A stretch of DNA of 64,000 nt from Chrysemys picta bellii (lineage: Eukaryota), in assembly GCF_011386835.1 (NCBI RefSeq), contig NC_088798.1, forward strand, positions 34,534,001-34,598,000. The letters are read 5' to 3'. Shown one piece after another: positions 12,373 to 26,866 of this stretch. Each line of letters starts with the position of its first letter. Positions within the stretch are counted from its first letter, which is position 1. The notes beneath the pieces were generated by a model. It did not search any database. It was not told the DNA's origin and worked only from the letters and a program-made list of their open reading frames with translations. A program made the position numbers and the translations under genes.

Positions 12373-12949
12373 TGTTATCCAAGTACTCATGTTATAGGAG
12401 GAGAATTGACTTGCAGTATATGTCTGCACGGCCAGCAGAAACCCCATAGCGAGCCTCAGAGCCAGCAGGTAGTGCCAGGGTCTCGCTAGTGTCTCCTCAC
12501 TGCACTAGAACACCTGGGGGCAGCTGAGCAGAGTTCTGCGTGTCTAGGGCAGATGTCCCCTTATGGTGCACGTAGCCTAGGTACAGTAATTTTTACCTTA
12601 CAGCATCTTCTCCATTCCTCTAAGCCTAGCACAATCATTAGACTCCCTTGAGGAGCTGGTTATTCCTCTGCCTTTAGCATTAAAGCAAATCTAGAAATAA
12701 CCCCACATGTAACCTGAGTTCCATTCTGAGCTCACACACCAATACTCTTCGTCTACAATGCCACCAGCGATTTGACAGAACAGGTAGCACTGTTGGAAGG
12801 AGAAGAGGTTAGCAGTGACTAGATGGGAGTGTAGCAGTCAGGCAGAAGTGTACAGGACATGAAGAGCTAGCAAGTTACTAGGTCAAAAGTATGGGTTAAG
12901 CTTTGTGGCTAAAATTCGCCCCACGAGTTCTCGAACTCATACTCTAGTT

Positions 12950-13172
12950 CCGGGGTTCTTAAACTGGGGGTCGGGACCCCCTGGGGGGGGGTCACAAGGT
13001 TAGTAGATGGGGGTCATGAGCTGTCTGCCTCTACCCCAAACCCCACTTTTCATCCAGCATTTATAATGGTGTTAAATAGATAAACACATTTTTTTAATTT
13101 ATAAGGGGGGGGTCGCACTCAGAAGCTTGCTGTGTGAAAGGGGTCACCAGTACAAAAGTCTGAGAATCACTG
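12950..13172. mobile_element. hAT-type MITE
   Basis: 8-bp TSD CTCTAGTT on both sides. Confidence 0.8.
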
Positions 13173-13269
13173 CTCTAGTTAGTATTCTAGCATGCTGACT
13201 GCTATTTATGACAACTTGTTTGGGAAAGTTCTAGCTAGAAACCAATAATCCACCACTAGAGACTCAAAC

Positions 13270-16200
13270 AACTCATTTTATTTCAACACATTCAATTAAT
13301 AGGGAGCATTCAGCACTATAAATATTTTGTTAAAACAAATGCTTTGTTTTGTATTTGTTTCATACATTGCACCTCTAGCTAAACATTTTACCAACAAAAG
13401 AAAGCCAAGAAGAGAGGATTAAATAAAACCATGCAGGATTTAAAAAAAATTACACATTTTGCCTAATGATCTAAAATGACTAAGTCACACATTTTTATTG
13501 CATTTTCCAGAAGGCTTAATTAAGATTCTCCCTTTCACAATCTATTAGTGAAAAAACTTTAAGATTAGCTAGATTAGGCAGCTAATAATAAGGGAACAGT
13601 TAAGTGACCAGTACTAAATTTAATCATAAGCAAGTGTTTCTAGGTTTTTGAGGTGCTAGAAATAGGGCAGAATTTGGCTCAAAAAATCTAACTTGAAAAG
13701 AAAAAAGGTATTCCTGGCTATGTTCCTGGAATGTTGTGCACTACCAGATGGGAGAACAAGTTCAAGTCTCATTCCTAATGTACTACTCCTAGGGATCAGA
13801 TCTGAGAGGCGATTCATAGAGGGGGTGCTGCCTCTGTCACTCAAAATCAATTCCTAGTCAGTTAAAAAAAAAAAAAAAGTGGTGTCAATGTGCTACAAAG
13901 GAAGTTGTCTTGTACTTAGATTTGAAAAAAAAACAACATTTCTCCAAATATATTTGGCAAGATTTATATAATCTGTATTTTAGTAACAAACATTCAATTT
14001 ATGAAAGGGAATCTTTAGTAAGTGCAATACAGGGACTAGATAAAATTAATGAAATCTTGCAATTATCTTTGTCATTATTTGATCACAGGGATAAAACCAT
14101 GCCCACACCAAGCAGTCTAGTTTCAACATTAAAAACAAAATTGTACATAATTATGTATCTTCATTTAACCTAGTAATTTATTTTATTACACTGAAAAGCT
14201 TTTGAGAAAACCAAACAATATACAGCACAAAAACTACAATTTAACCTTTAAATTGTACAAATTAAAGAGGCTAGGCTACACCCCAGGATTAAATACATAA
14301 GCAATAGATCTAAACTTGCATAAAGCACACTTTCTGCAGAAAATAAGTTACATACAGTTAAAGGGTGCTTTGATTCCCCCCCTCCTCCTCCCTTCCCACA
14401 AACAGTTCATGTAGACCAATGACAGTTGCAGTGATACAACCCTGGAACTCCAACTCCCAAAAAGAAGAAATGAATGAGATTAGGAGGGAAATGGCACTAT
14501 CATGGTGGTTTAGGTTGAAGAATTTTGACTTGCTGTTACTTGTAAGTGGGATCTAGCATTCAGATTGGTGAAGGGCATACATGTTCTAAGTACCACCTAC
14601 TCCCCACTACGTCAATACACCGAGGCATATCTTGAGTGATCTGATGTTCACCATACATAATATATCATTTAATGATGGAAAAGCAGAGTCATTCCTGCTT
14701 GCCTCCCAGAGATACCAATGCAAGCAATGCTATAGAGAAATTTAGAATTCATACAAAGCATACACAAAAATGCAAATTTCAAAGAAGGACATATACTAGT
14801 AATACAGTAATGCCAATTTTCAAAATTTTCACTTCTTCAAATCTTAACGTTTATATTCCTCCTCTAGAAAGGAATTTCTGTCTCTCCTCCAACTTTAATT
14901 GCTATTTTGGTTAAATACAGTAATCACTAATCAGGTGATGACTTGAAAAAAAAATCACTGCCTGGTTGTAATACTGCTTGTAGAGCTAACAAATTACCAT
15001 GCCTATTCCAATTCATACAAAAGTTATTTCTCTCTCCACAAAAAAATTATTAATATGGTTCCCAATTAGGAACTAAACTGCTAGTGCAATCTGTGCACTA
15101 TTTAACTATGCTTAGCTCAATTGTCAGTTTTAATGTTTTTAGTCTTGTAGATTTAAACATATACATGTCAAGACAAGGATTCACGTTTACAACAGTCAGA
15201 CTGTGGTATGGTTTGGACACAAAGGAGAAATAAAATGATCACAAGTAGATGCTATACATCAGTACCAACCAGTAAGGAGCATACTTGGCACATAAGTTTT
15301 AAATAAGGTTCATTTTTTAAATTTTATACACAGATGACCCTCCATGGCCAAAATTCACTTTCTTCTGTCAAAAGAAAATGTTGCTAAAATTTTTGCCTCT
15401 GCATTATCAGTGCCCATTCTCTTCCTTGTCCACCCCATATTTATCAAGTAATTGAATAAGTCTAGAGTATTTCCTAGATATTTTAGTCACATATCTAAAT
15501 ATTTAAGGATTCAGAAGTTTACTACCAAACAACATTTATCAGTGTACCAAGTCTTTGAAAATAACGAAGACTAACTCAGTGGAATGGATTAAAAAGTTTA
15601 TACATCTGACCATGCAGAAAACATTGTGATTTTTCTATGACAAAAATACACAAATAGTTAGTGTAAATTCATTCCTTTAAACTACAAGCTCAAAGTCTAC
15701 ATAAAACTAAGTTAACAATTACCAGACTATGGCTTGATCCTGTTCCCACTGAAATCAATAGCAAAACACTTATTGACTTCACTGGACTACAGTGAGCTAC
15801 TGATAAGAATTGCACTGAAGAGATCTATACCATCTAAATCACATTAGGTAACAAAATGTTTTTGCAGTAGACAGACTGTATTTTTAAAATGCAAAAGTCT
15901 GTAGATATGTTCCAGGTCAGAAAAGAAACCAATAGCCTGTCTTAGGTCCAGCATTAGTTTCCTTTAGGTTTAGAAGCCAACAGTACTGCACATGTGAAGC
16001 TGGCAACACAAGGGAACAAGAACACAGGTTTAATGCTTGTTTGGTATTCTGTTCTCTGGATGACACCTGAACATCAGTTAATTCCCCAGGTAACCCAAAA
16101 TTAACAGACATTATATCTTTTGTACATGATTATACAATGTACATCCCATCAACATTTATATACTTATCTATTCTGATTTTAGTCACATTCTTAAAGTATC

Positions 16201-17056
16201 TGTGGCTCTTGAGCATCTAGTACATAGATTAGGACAAAACCAGGCACATTCTGACTACAGTTTAATTTGTTTTTGACCATGTAATTCCAGATCTTAGTTT
16301 AAATACACTATACAGTACATTTCACAATTTAAGACAGAAAATGGCATCACTCCTGTCCACATGCTAAACACAGTAAGAGCAATGTGGTACAGAAACAAAC
16401 AGGATGAGCTAATAGAATTAAAAAAATATTTTTTTTTAAATACAAAGGCCTTTTTGTACCAAAATGAAAAGAAAACCAGGTTTTCATTCATGTGAATTAA
16501 GCAGCTTACTTGCTATACCAATTAATCAGATTCCAATTAGTCTGTTTACTTAAGAGAATTTTCCTATGGATAAAAAAAACAAAGAAAACTACTTAAAAGT
16601 TACTCAACTGCTCAAATTCTATATAGCTACCTAACTAGTAGGAATAAGCACTTCAGAAGAAATTCAGAATGTTAAGTTTCTTTCTTGAAAACAAAAATAT
16701 ATAAATTTCTATATATTACCTTGATGGCAGCCAAAATATACTTAGTGATAATTTTATATTAGTCATAAAGAAAATATTTTGAATTTCTTTAGATAATCTC
16801 AATTAGAAAACAGTTTAATCAACACAAAATATTTCATATATTAGTAAACTGGTCTCTATGTTAGGAAAGAAATGTGCAGTATTTGACAATGCTGTCAGAG
16901 CACTGTGCCTCTGGACAACCCAGGCCTTACTGTCACCACTTTTGGTCTTCATTATAACTTGTGATGGTTTTCACCTCCGTGCAAAGTTTTTATGCAAAAA
17001 AGGTGGTATATTTCCAAAGCATTAAGACAGCAGGCTGTTGTCAAAAGAAAAATGTA
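13270..17056 (-). other. Probable long AT-rich GCLM 3'UTR; 3' end uncertain (several AATAAA candidates on -, e.g. near 14180, 13495, 13278)
   Basis: AT-rich, nearly repeat-free stretch following the stop codon. Confidence 0.35.
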
Positions 17057-17226
17057 TTAAGAGACATTTCTTTTCGCTTGCAAGATATAGCCTTTCGATT
17101 TGATAATTCCTCTGGTTTGAACAATGACTGAATACCGGAGAAGCCACAAGGGAGTCCATTCATGTGCTTGACTGTTCCGGATACTTTCCTGAAGAGCTTC
17201 TTGGAAACTTGCCTCACAAAGCAATT
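17057..17226 (-). CDS. GCLM: GCLM exon 7, terminal (ELLCEASFQEALQES...KGYILQAKRNVS*)
   Basis: 170 nt ending in TAA; the seven exons sum to 822 nt = 273 aa + stop. Confidence 0.97.
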
Positions 17227-17394
17227 CTAAAATTAGAAACAGATATTTACATTTTAACCAAACAAAAATGTAAATAATTCCTTTAACTGCAATTAGTGAG
17301 AGGTGATCTTTTTGTTTAAAATGTGTTAAATTGTAACTCAATAAGCAATGTGACAGCATGAAGTATATGGTCACATGGCTGGATAGATATAGAT

Positions 17395-17723
17395 CAGGGG
17401 TCGGCAACGTTCGGCACGCGGCTCGCCAGGGTAAGCACCCTGGCGGGCCGGGCCAGTTTTATTTACCTGCTTTCGTGGCAGGTTCGGCCGATCGCGGCTC
17501 CCACTGGCCGCGGTTCGCCATCCCGGGCCAATGGAGGCGGCGAGAAGCGGCGCGGGCGAGCGATGTGCTGGCCGCGGCTTCTCACCGCCCCCATTGGCCC
17601 GGGACGGCGAACCGCGGCCAGTGGGGGCCGCGATCGGCCGAACCTGCCACGTCAGCAGGTAAATAAAACTGGCCCGGCCCACCAGGGTGCTTACCCTGGC
17701 GAGCCGATCGTTGCCGACCCCTG
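17395..17723. mobile_element. Palindromic hAT MITE in GCLM intron 6
   Basis: CAGGGGTCGGCAAC / GTTGCCGACCCCTG TIRs with long internal inverted arms; 8-bp TSD ATATAGAT. Confidence 0.9.
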
Positions 17724-18229
17724 ATATAGATACACACACACGCACCTGAAGTTTCACGAGGCACAAACTCAAAAGTTAGAGAATTTATAGTATAAGAAAG
17801 TTTCAGACAATACTTCTTTCCTGCTCTAAGTAATCAACTGAACTGGCTTTACATACAGTGTTGATTGAAATGACATTAATCATTGAAACCATTAGTTGAA
17901 GATACCAAAAATAAGATCAAGAGGTAGCTATATATTTTGAAGGAGAGAATTAAATGACAGTCTCTTGTTTGACATTGATTTTAGTTTAAAAGATCTAGAT
18001 TCATATTTAGAAAAATGTAATATGTTTGACCAAATCCAGCAAGGTACTGAGCATTCTCAGTTCCCACTAAAGTCACAGTTAAGGGTGCTCAACACCTTGC
18101 AGACTGGGCCCTTAATAGTTATAAGTCTAAAGAGATAAGGTCATGTCCTGCACTGTAAATGTTTCCATTATCCTATAACTAAGGCACAATGTCCCTTATT
18201 AGCCAGCATAAGATTGTAGGGTAGGGAAC

Positions 18230-19097
18230 TGTCATAACTAGAAAGGGAAGGGTAACAACCCTCCCGTATACAATACTATAAAATCCCTCCTGGCCAGAGG
18301 CTCCAAAATCCTTTTACCTATAAAGGGTTAAGAAGCTCAGGTAACCTGGGTGACACCTGACCCAAAGGACCAATAAGGGGAAAAGATACTTTCAAATTGG
18401 GGGGTGGGGGGAAAAGAGGCTTTTGTTTGTGTGCTCTTTGTTTTTGGGTGTGTTCACTCTTGGGACTAAGAGGGACCAGACATCAATCCATGTTCTCCAA
18501 ATCTTTCTGCACAAGTCTCTCATATTTCAAACTTGTAAGTAACAGCCAGGCAAGGCGTGTTAGTTTTATCTTTGTTTTCTCAACTTGTAAATGTTCCTTT
18601 TCCTAGAGGGTTTACCTCTGTTTGCTGTAACTTTGAACCTAAGGCTAGAGGGAGTTCCTCTGGGTTCTTTGAATCTGATTACCCTGTAAAGTTATTTTCC
18701 ATCCTGATTTTACAGAGACGAATTTTACTTTTTCTTTTAATAAAATTCTTCTTTTAAGAACCTGATTGATTTTTCATTGTTTTAAGATCCAAGGTTTTGG
18801 ATCTGTGTTCACCAGGACTATTGCTGAAGGGATTACCAAGCCTTCCCAGGGAAAGGGGTGTAGGAGCTTGGGGGGATATTTCTCAAGCCTACCCAGCAAA
18901 AGGGATGTAAGGGCTTGGGGCGATATTTTGCGGGAAGAGGAACTCCAAGTGGTCCTTTCCCTGTTTCTTGTTAAAGCACTTGGTGGTGGCAGAGTATTAA
19001 AATTTAACCTAAGCTGGCAGAAATAAGCTTAAGGGGTCTTTAATGCGGGTCCCCACATCTGTACCCTAAAGTTCAGAGTGGGGAGGGAACCTTGACA
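18230..19097 (+). mobile_element. Solo LTR in GCLM intron 6
   Basis: TGTCA..TGACA ends; 5-bp TSD GGAAC; internal AATAAA near 18738 on +. Confidence 0.85.
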
Positions 19098-21138
19098 GGA
19101 ACAAATCCCACAAACCCCACCCTGCCTCCCCTCTCATGATAGTTATTGGTGTGTATTAATGAATTTTCAATTTGTTTTGGTCTGCAGGTTGCAGTTGGAG
19201 TTTCAGAGGATACTGTGATTCCAGCCAGCAATTTCCAAGGGTCACCTGGACTACAGCAACTTTGCCGATATGTGTTTCATCCCTGATGAAAGATTGGTGG
19301 ACCTGGAAATACGTCATGGGCATCCTGCTGCCTTTTGAAGTCGTATTCAGTTTGTTGGCATAGCCTCTTTAAGGACTTATGCGGTACGGTTTGTTGACAA
19401 AGCAGCATGAGTTTTACTTGGTTTAGTAATGAGTCATTTATTTTACAGTATCACAATTCTGGGTGCTAGCTTCTGGTAGCAGGGGTGTTAACTCCCCCCT
19501 TTTCAGTAGAGTAGATACTGGTTTGGTGGCCTTGGTTTAAGCAGGCTGCTAAGCCCTAGTACTGTGATGCTTGGAATTTGAGCATCAACAAGGGGAAGGC
19601 AGGTAACAGAGAGAGCATTGATGGTGCTGACCATTTTCACTGTTCCCAGGCCAGACTGCCTCAAGAGCTTACTCTAGTGTGGAATTACTAAATTTGCAGC
19701 CTCTTGCCCAAAAATTCAAGATATCTGTATTTGTCCTTACTGGTTCCTGCCATCCACAAATTTGCTTAAATAATTAAAACATATTTCTTTCAGCAGCAGA
19801 GGATGCCCAGGAGCTAAAGCATAGACCAAATGTAGCCCAGGTAGCTATAATTTTTCAACTCAGGCTCTGAATAAGAAGATGGGAGATTCCTTAAATAGTG
19901 GTGGAAACTATACCCTTTCTCCACCATCCTCCACATGTTGAACTTGCTACCTCTGCAAGTCCAACCTGCACCTGCATGAAAGCCAAGCTATTTGCAAAAA
20001 CAGGTTCCCTTGCAAGGCAACAAAAGAGAGCTGAAGATTTGTATTTTATAGTTTACATAAGCAATCAAACAAATTTAGAAGTGCAAGTATTAATTCTTAC
20101 TATTTAAAAATTAACTAATGAATAGCATCTTATGCTGGCATATCCATTGCTCAAAATGTACTGATACTTGTAAATGGCCAGGCAGTTTCTGAATTCCACT
20201 ACAAAGTCTCATTCACTCCCAAATCAAGCTTCATCCAGGTACAGTATAAAGTAATTTAGATCATATTTAATAAGACCTTAAAGTTTCATTCTACTAGACA
20301 CATTTTTGTTAACAAGATTTACCAGGTAATTACACACACAAATAAGTACCTTACTAGAGAGAATTGATCTCCACTACACTTTTGCCTACAGCCATTTTAG
20401 TTAAACTGAGGAAGTGAAACAAAATATCTTGTCCAAGTTATTTTAGTTTACAGTTCCAGCAATGTATTTGTTTAGACGCGAATAGGCTGAATTAGATTAG
20501 TCCAGATTCAAGAAGAACCAATTTAATATTTTAAGATTATTTTATAACAGCATTCTGAGGAGATGGCACCACAGGAGGATTTTGGAACTCAGAAGAGAAA
20601 CTGTGTGATTCTACTATAAATGTAGTAATTAAGTCACCATGTCATCACAGATATAAAAAAACACTGACAAACTTTACATTACAGGTTAAACAGGGCTCTC
20701 TCAGCCTCTACCTTCAAACATACTATTTCAGGTTAACCAGGGGTATGTTGCTACAAAGGCTTTTTCATTGCCAGCTTCTGTGTGACGCTCTTCCATGTCT
20801 TTCATTGTTCTGAAGGGTACAGAATGACACTTGAGAGACTATATGCTTTGCTGGAATTAATAAACCATAAATTTTAAACATGGTACAGTACACAATACTT
20901 TTAGATAAGGCATCCCTTCCCAGTGCTTTATTGTTTTCCTATTACAGTATCCTAGAAGTCCTGTTGTAGGATTGCTTCTCCCCCCCGCCCCCTTCTTAAG
21001 GCAAGCACATAAGAACTTGAAGTCAATAAATGATATAGAGGTATACATCTGAATCCAATGCACAGGGCTTTAAAGGTTAAAAAAAATTGCACTCAAATTG
21101 CTGTTAATTTTGTCAAGTAAGTTCAACTACAGCCTTAC

Positions 21139-21253
21139 CTTTTGGATCGTTATGAGTCAACAGCTGGATGTCAAATTGTTTTGCAAATGCTGTGAGGTCA
21201 GGTGGCATCACACAACAGGAAGCTAAATTTACCTGGTTACTATGTGGTTTCAC
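21139..21253 (-). CDS. GCLM: GCLM exon 6 (VKPHSNQVNLASCCVMPPDLTAFAKQFDIQLLTHNDPK)
   Basis: 115 nt; ttttcag acceptor and GTAAGG donor. Confidence 0.97.
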
Positions 21254-22284
21254 CTGAAAAAGAGAGAGATCCTTCAGATGGAAAGTCACATTAATAGGTT
21301 TCTTCTACTTTATACATGTATAAGCGTCCTTTACTGTTGAATAAAATCTGCTCTGTATGGTTATTTTGAGCAATTTGACTTTAATCTTGTTTTAGACTCC
21401 AAAAAACTGAACAGAGCACAAGCCTGATCCTGCAAGATGCTGTCAAGCACACAAGTCCTATTGGCTGTAGTGACTGAACTCATCTCCTTGCAACATAAGA
21501 CCCAGAATGATGACAGGGTCTCACTTCAGTAGACTATGCATAACGAATAATGTTTGGCTTCTTGTCTATTGTGGTCATTAATATCAGCAGCCCTTTGTTT
21601 CAGTAAAACAGGATGATAGTTCTAAAAGAAAAACACTAGACTACAAATAATGCAATACATAATTAATTTTCATTCTTCTTGTGGATAGAAATTTGCAGCT
21701 GTCCACACACCTAACTAGGGGCCTAATCCAAAACCCACTGAAGTGAAAGGGATTTTTCTCCAGTGAATTCAATGACTTCTGATCAGGTTCTCACAAACAA
21801 AGAATACACACATTCATCATGTCAGAACATTAGTGGCCAATACTGGCCAGAGTAAGATTTTTTCCCCCCTCCGCTTTACTTAAGTAGGACAGCAAAAACA
21901 GTACAAATCAAGACTCTTATCAGGACCCATAAGGATACATAGTTATGAATTTATATCACTTTTACAGATCTTGGAGGATTCTGAATAAACAAACAGTTAA
22001 CATATACTAATAGTAATATGATTAGAATGTAATCAGCTCAATAACAAGCACATGGTACAGATAAATGGAGACTTGCACGATTTGAATGTTATGGAAGTGA
22101 CACATTCAGTCTCTGGGAGAAGGTCAGTTACGTTCCACAAAGAACAGTTCCCATTGTTTGATCCATGTGCAGAAGGACACATAATTTGCCTAGCCTTTAC
22201 AGTTAAGCTTGGTATTCTAATGATATCTTCCTGAAAGGAACTGTATCCAAATAGAGGCTAAAAAATGTAAAAAGATTCAGGTAA

Positions 22285-23593
22285 TATTCCTGGGGGAATT
22301 CTGTGCCACTGCGCACGTGCAGAATTCACATCCCCTGCAGATTTCTTTACTTCCCACAGAAAAATGCTTTCTGACAGGAAAGCAAAGGGAAGCTGCAAGA
22401 GCGGTCACACGCCCCTCTCTAGCAGCACAGGGACACCATTTTGGGTTCCTAGAGCAGCTAGCAAAAAGGTAAATCACTGCGGGGGGAAAAGAAGGTGAGG
22501 TAGCTGAGGACTTCCCATCCGGTGGCTCCTACCCTGCTAGCAGCTCAGCTGCCAGTCTCTGCTGGTCTGGGCAGGACGGGACCGTCCTCTTCCTCTTCCA
22601 GGCTGAGTCAGACCGACCCCCAAAAACCTCCCCCAGCTGCAGGAAGCACCACCCACCCTACCTCCGCTGTCTGTCCTCATCACTCCTCTACCACAGGGTA
22701 AGGGGTCACTGTACAGGGAGCTGCTCCCACGTCTGCCCAACCCCCATACATCCAGAACCCCCCTGCACCCGGACCCTCCGAGCCCCACCCCTACACCCAG
22801 ACCATCCCCTGTTGAGCCCCCCCCACCTATATCCCCATCCCCTGGACTTGGACCACCCTGATGAGCCCCCTGAACCTGATCCCCACCCCACTGAGCCCCA
22901 AACCAGGTGCACCCGGACCTCCACCCCACAAAGCCCCACTGCCCCAGCACTCAGACCCCCACTGAGCCTGTCACACCAACCCCCCCACTGAACCCCATCC
23001 CCCTTCATGCAGACCCCTCCCCCACCATTGAGGCCCACACACCTTCACCTGGATTGCTCTGCAGTGTCCCATTCCCCCGGCATGCAGAACCCCCAACAAG
23101 CCCCTGTGCATCTAGATCCCCCCTGCATCCAGACCCCCTACCAAGCTGCCCGCAGCCAGATTGCCCCACACAGAACCCTCTCATCACACACTTGGATCCC
23201 CCTCCCCTCCTCCCACTTGGATCCAGCCAGGCCGAGCCTGCTTGCCCACACCTGGATCGGGCGCCAGGGTTGGGCGTGCGTGTGAAACACTGTCCCTCTG
23301 ACTTGCCATCTTGGTAAACCTGGCATGGAGGGGCAGGGCCCCGGGGTGTTTCTGGGGCAGGCCTGGTCCTTGTGCTGTGTCAGGGTTGGGTGCAGCCTCA
23401 TCGCTGAGTCCATGTTCGTGGGGAGGGGAGGGGGAAAGAAGAGAGGGGGGCTGCAGGGTGATCTCCCACCTCCGTGCTCCCCACTGCCATGCTGGAGCCT
23501 CCACATTTATTTATTGACCAATAAAATATGCAGAATTTTAAAATATTGTGTGCGGAATTTTTATTTTTTTGGTGCAGAATTCCCTCAGGAGTA
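22285..23593. mobile_element. Non-autonomous DNA transposon with C-rich internal repeats
   Basis: TATTCCTGGGGGAATTCTG / CAGAATTCCCTCAGGAGTA inverted termini; TSD not evident. Confidence 0.65.
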
Positions 23594-23865
23594 AGGGGAT
23601 TTCTTTTTTAAAAATTGGATTAAAATTGAAGAGTTTTAGTTAAAAAAATAGCACTATTTATACTTATAATTTGTAATCGATTACAAGAAGTTTCAAAACT
23701 CATCCTTTGCTTTCCAATATACCTTTGAGAAACACAGATTAGTGTAATCAATATTTTAATTTTAAAATGAAAGTCTTATTTTTCAAGCTGGATATGTGGC
23801 ATACCAAGAAAACAATAGTAAATACCATGCCTCAGAGTTACTATGGTTGAACAGTCTGTCCTTAC

Positions 23866-24068
23866 CTGTGACCACAGGTACAGTTGCTCTAACAGTGTTT
23901 TATCTAGATCAGAGGTACCTATGGCAACAATCTTTTTGTGTTGAACTAAGTTCTCAAGTTCTCCCCAGTAAGGCTGTAAATACGCCAAAGAAAGATTAAT
24001 TCCATCTTCAATAGGAGGTGGAGCAATGATCACAGAATCTAAGTGGGCAACCCCCAGGGCAGAACATG
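23866..24068 (-). CDS. GCLM: GCLM exon 5 (ACSALGVAHLDSVIIAPPP...EQLYLWSQ)
   Basis: 203 nt; long polypyrimidine tract and cag acceptor; GTAAGG donor. Confidence 0.97.
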
Positions 24069-24855
24069 CTGAGGAAAAAAAAAAAAAAAGAGAGAGAGAG
24101 AATTCACGCAGAGATAAGATGATAAACAGTAAGCACGACAAGATATCTTTCAAAAACATGAGCATATACTCAGCTTTACGCCACTTTCATTTCTGACTCA
24201 CCATTTTAGAGCCTCAAAGAATCTTTGTACCCAAGGACAGTAACTGAATGTCTGTATCTAGCTAAGAATCAAATATGGAGCTAAAAACTGAATTTCAGCT
24301 ACAATCTTGTGGTGAAAAACAACTTCTTGAACAGAGTCTGTATCTCTCTATTCCTTTTTCAATATTAACATCTTTGATTTTACATCAAGATTGGCTGATT
24401 TATATCATCCTTATTACTGGTTGCACTTTTGACCTCTTGTTCTAGTCTATGACCCTCCCCCTCCACAGTTGCCAAACACTGGTAAAGGACCATGAAGAAA
24501 CACTCAGAAGGGCTATTCACATGCCACTGTGACTGAGGACTTAATTGGAAACCAATACTGAACAGAATGGATCTGGACTTAACATGATTGTGATTAAAAG
24601 TAAGATTGTGGCAAAGTTTGGGACATCATATACACAGGAGAACTTTGTAAAGGTTATCCAAGTTATGGGAGGCTTCTGGGGTAAACATGAATGAAATTAA
24701 ATCAACTTAAACTGTCAGGCCACCCTCGCATCTCCCTGAATTATCTGTTAAGTGCATATCTGAAAGCCTTATAAATTACATAGTGAATTGAAGCATAAAG
24801 GTAAATCATTTTCCTTTTGTTGCTAACAAACTTATGGTCATCTGGCATGCTATCC

Positions 24856-25153
24856 GCGTACGTCTACACTATGAACTATGGGTGTGATTCTCAGCTCATG
24901 TAGACATACTTACGCTAGCTCCCATCGAACACACACTAAAAATAGTAGCGTAGCAGCATGACTAGCCATGCCAAGTACAAACCTGCTTGAACCCAGGGGT
25001 ATGTACTTGGCACATATAGCTTGTGACAATCCTCATTGCTGCCCGTGCTTTGCAGTTACACTTCTGTTTTTACTCCGCTAGCTCGAAGAGAGCTAGCACA
25101 AGCATGTCTACGTGAGTTGGGAATCACACCCCTAACTCAGTGTAGATGTACCC
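24856..25153. mobile_element. Harbinger-type MITE
   Basis: GTCTACACT / AGTGTAGATGTACCC termini. Confidence 0.7.
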
Positions 25154-25553
25154 TCAAAGTGATCTCTTTCCACCCTCTGCTGACTTACCCAAATTAAGAT
25201 AAATTTGGAAGAGGACAAGGTCCAACAAGAAAGGTGTAATTTGAATTAAATTCATTATGTACATTATTCTGGTTTACTTTGTACATTAGCAGAGCAGAAT
25301 CTGTCAATAGTTGAACTATAAAAATAAAACTATATTAAAACTGAAAGTGACTTTGAAATCTTGTTTACATAATTGACTAGAAGGAGCAACTGAAAAGAAT
25401 ACTATAATGGAATTAGAATATCTGTTCTTTACTCAATCAATTTCTGATTTGTAATTTTCATCTATACCTGGTCTCCAACCCCTTTAATGGTTTTCTATGA
25501 AACGCTATTTAACCGTCATTAGTCAGATTTTGATGCCTTTGAAAAAGAGTGTA

Positions 25554-25735
25554 CAGTAACTCCTCACTTAACGTTGTAGTTATGTTCCTGAAAAATGTGA
25601 CTTTAAGCGAAACGATGTTAAGCGAATCCAATTTCCCTATAAGAATTAATGTAAATGAGGGGGGTTAGATTCCAGGGAAATTTTTCTCACCAGACAAGAC
25701 ACACACACACATTATATATACACACACACATCACA

Positions 25736-25795
<60 letters not shown>

Positions 25796-26493
25796 AAGTT
25801 TGAAACAAACAATTTAATACTGGTACACAGTGATGATGATTGTGAAGCTTGGTTGAGGTGGAGGAGTCAGACGGTGGGATATTTCCCTTACTGCTAAATG
25901 TTGGACTCGCAATTGGCTGAGCCTTCAAGGGTTAACACTCTCTCTACATAAGGCAGCAGGAATGGAGGGAGATATGCGCATTTCCCTTAAGTACACTGCC
26001 TTGTTAATTAGATCAGCTTGCTGAGATGGCAGCTGCTGCAAGCTCCCTCCCTCCTCATGTGTCCCCCCTGCTCTATGGAAGATGGGGTAAGCGGGGTGCA
26101 GGAGGAGGGAGGGGGACACCCGGACATTAGCCCCCCCTTCCTTCCCGCCCCCCACACAGCAAGCAGGAGTATTGGGGAGCAGCTCCAAGGCAGAGGGCAG
26201 GAGCAGCACATGGCAGTGGGGGGAGGGACACAGCTGAACTGCAGGCAGCTGCTGCACAGGGAACTTAGGGGACTGGGGAGCTAATAGGGGGCTGCCGGTC
26301 CACCCTGGTTCCAAGCCCCCACCAGCTAGCTGCAATGGGCTGCTCTTCCTGCAAGCAGTAGACAAAGCAGGAGGCTGCCAAACAATGTTAGAAGGGAGCA
26401 TTGCACAACTTTAAACGAACATGTTCCCTAATTGATCAGCAACGTAACAACGAAACAACATTAACCGGGACAACTTTAAGTGAGGAGTTACTG
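25554..26493. mobile_element. Tc1/mariner (Tigger/pogo-like) non-autonomous element
   Basis: CAGTAACTCCTCACTTAA / TTAAGTGAGGAGTTACTG TIRs; TA duplication. Confidence 0.85.
25696..25790. repeat. (CA)n/(CT)n compound microsatellite
   Basis: Direct reading. Confidence 0.95.
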
Positions 26494-26866
26494 TATATAT
26501 CAATTTAATTTTCCTTATTGATACTAGGGATATCTTCAGGGAATTTAAAAGTCCTAAAGTTAAATTAAGTAAGAGATTTACCATCTGTAAGATGTCTATC
26601 CTTAAAAATCAATATGCTTTTATAAGTGATTCCAGGATTTTCACACACATTTGTTAAACAAATTTTAAGCATCAAAAGACAAGAGAACTACACATTTTCT
26701 GACCCTCAGGAATCCTTCAAACCCAATGAACTTTCAAGGTGGTAAAAAAGTCAGTGTTCTTGCTTACTTCCTTTAAGAATTTGCGGTACATGCTTAGCTC
26801 CTCTTTGGACAAACAAAACTTCAGACAGATGCTGTCAATATAACACCTTTTATTAGCATTATATTC

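Noticed and set aside
14545-14655. Possible C/D snoRNA or miRNA hairpin (GGTGAA..TTCACC, CTGA)
   Set aside because: No convincing C box and only a 6-bp terminal stem
22537-23594. Cluster of Pro- or Gly-rich ORFs in GCLM intron 5
   Set aside because: Interior of a non-autonomous DNA transposon; compositional artefact
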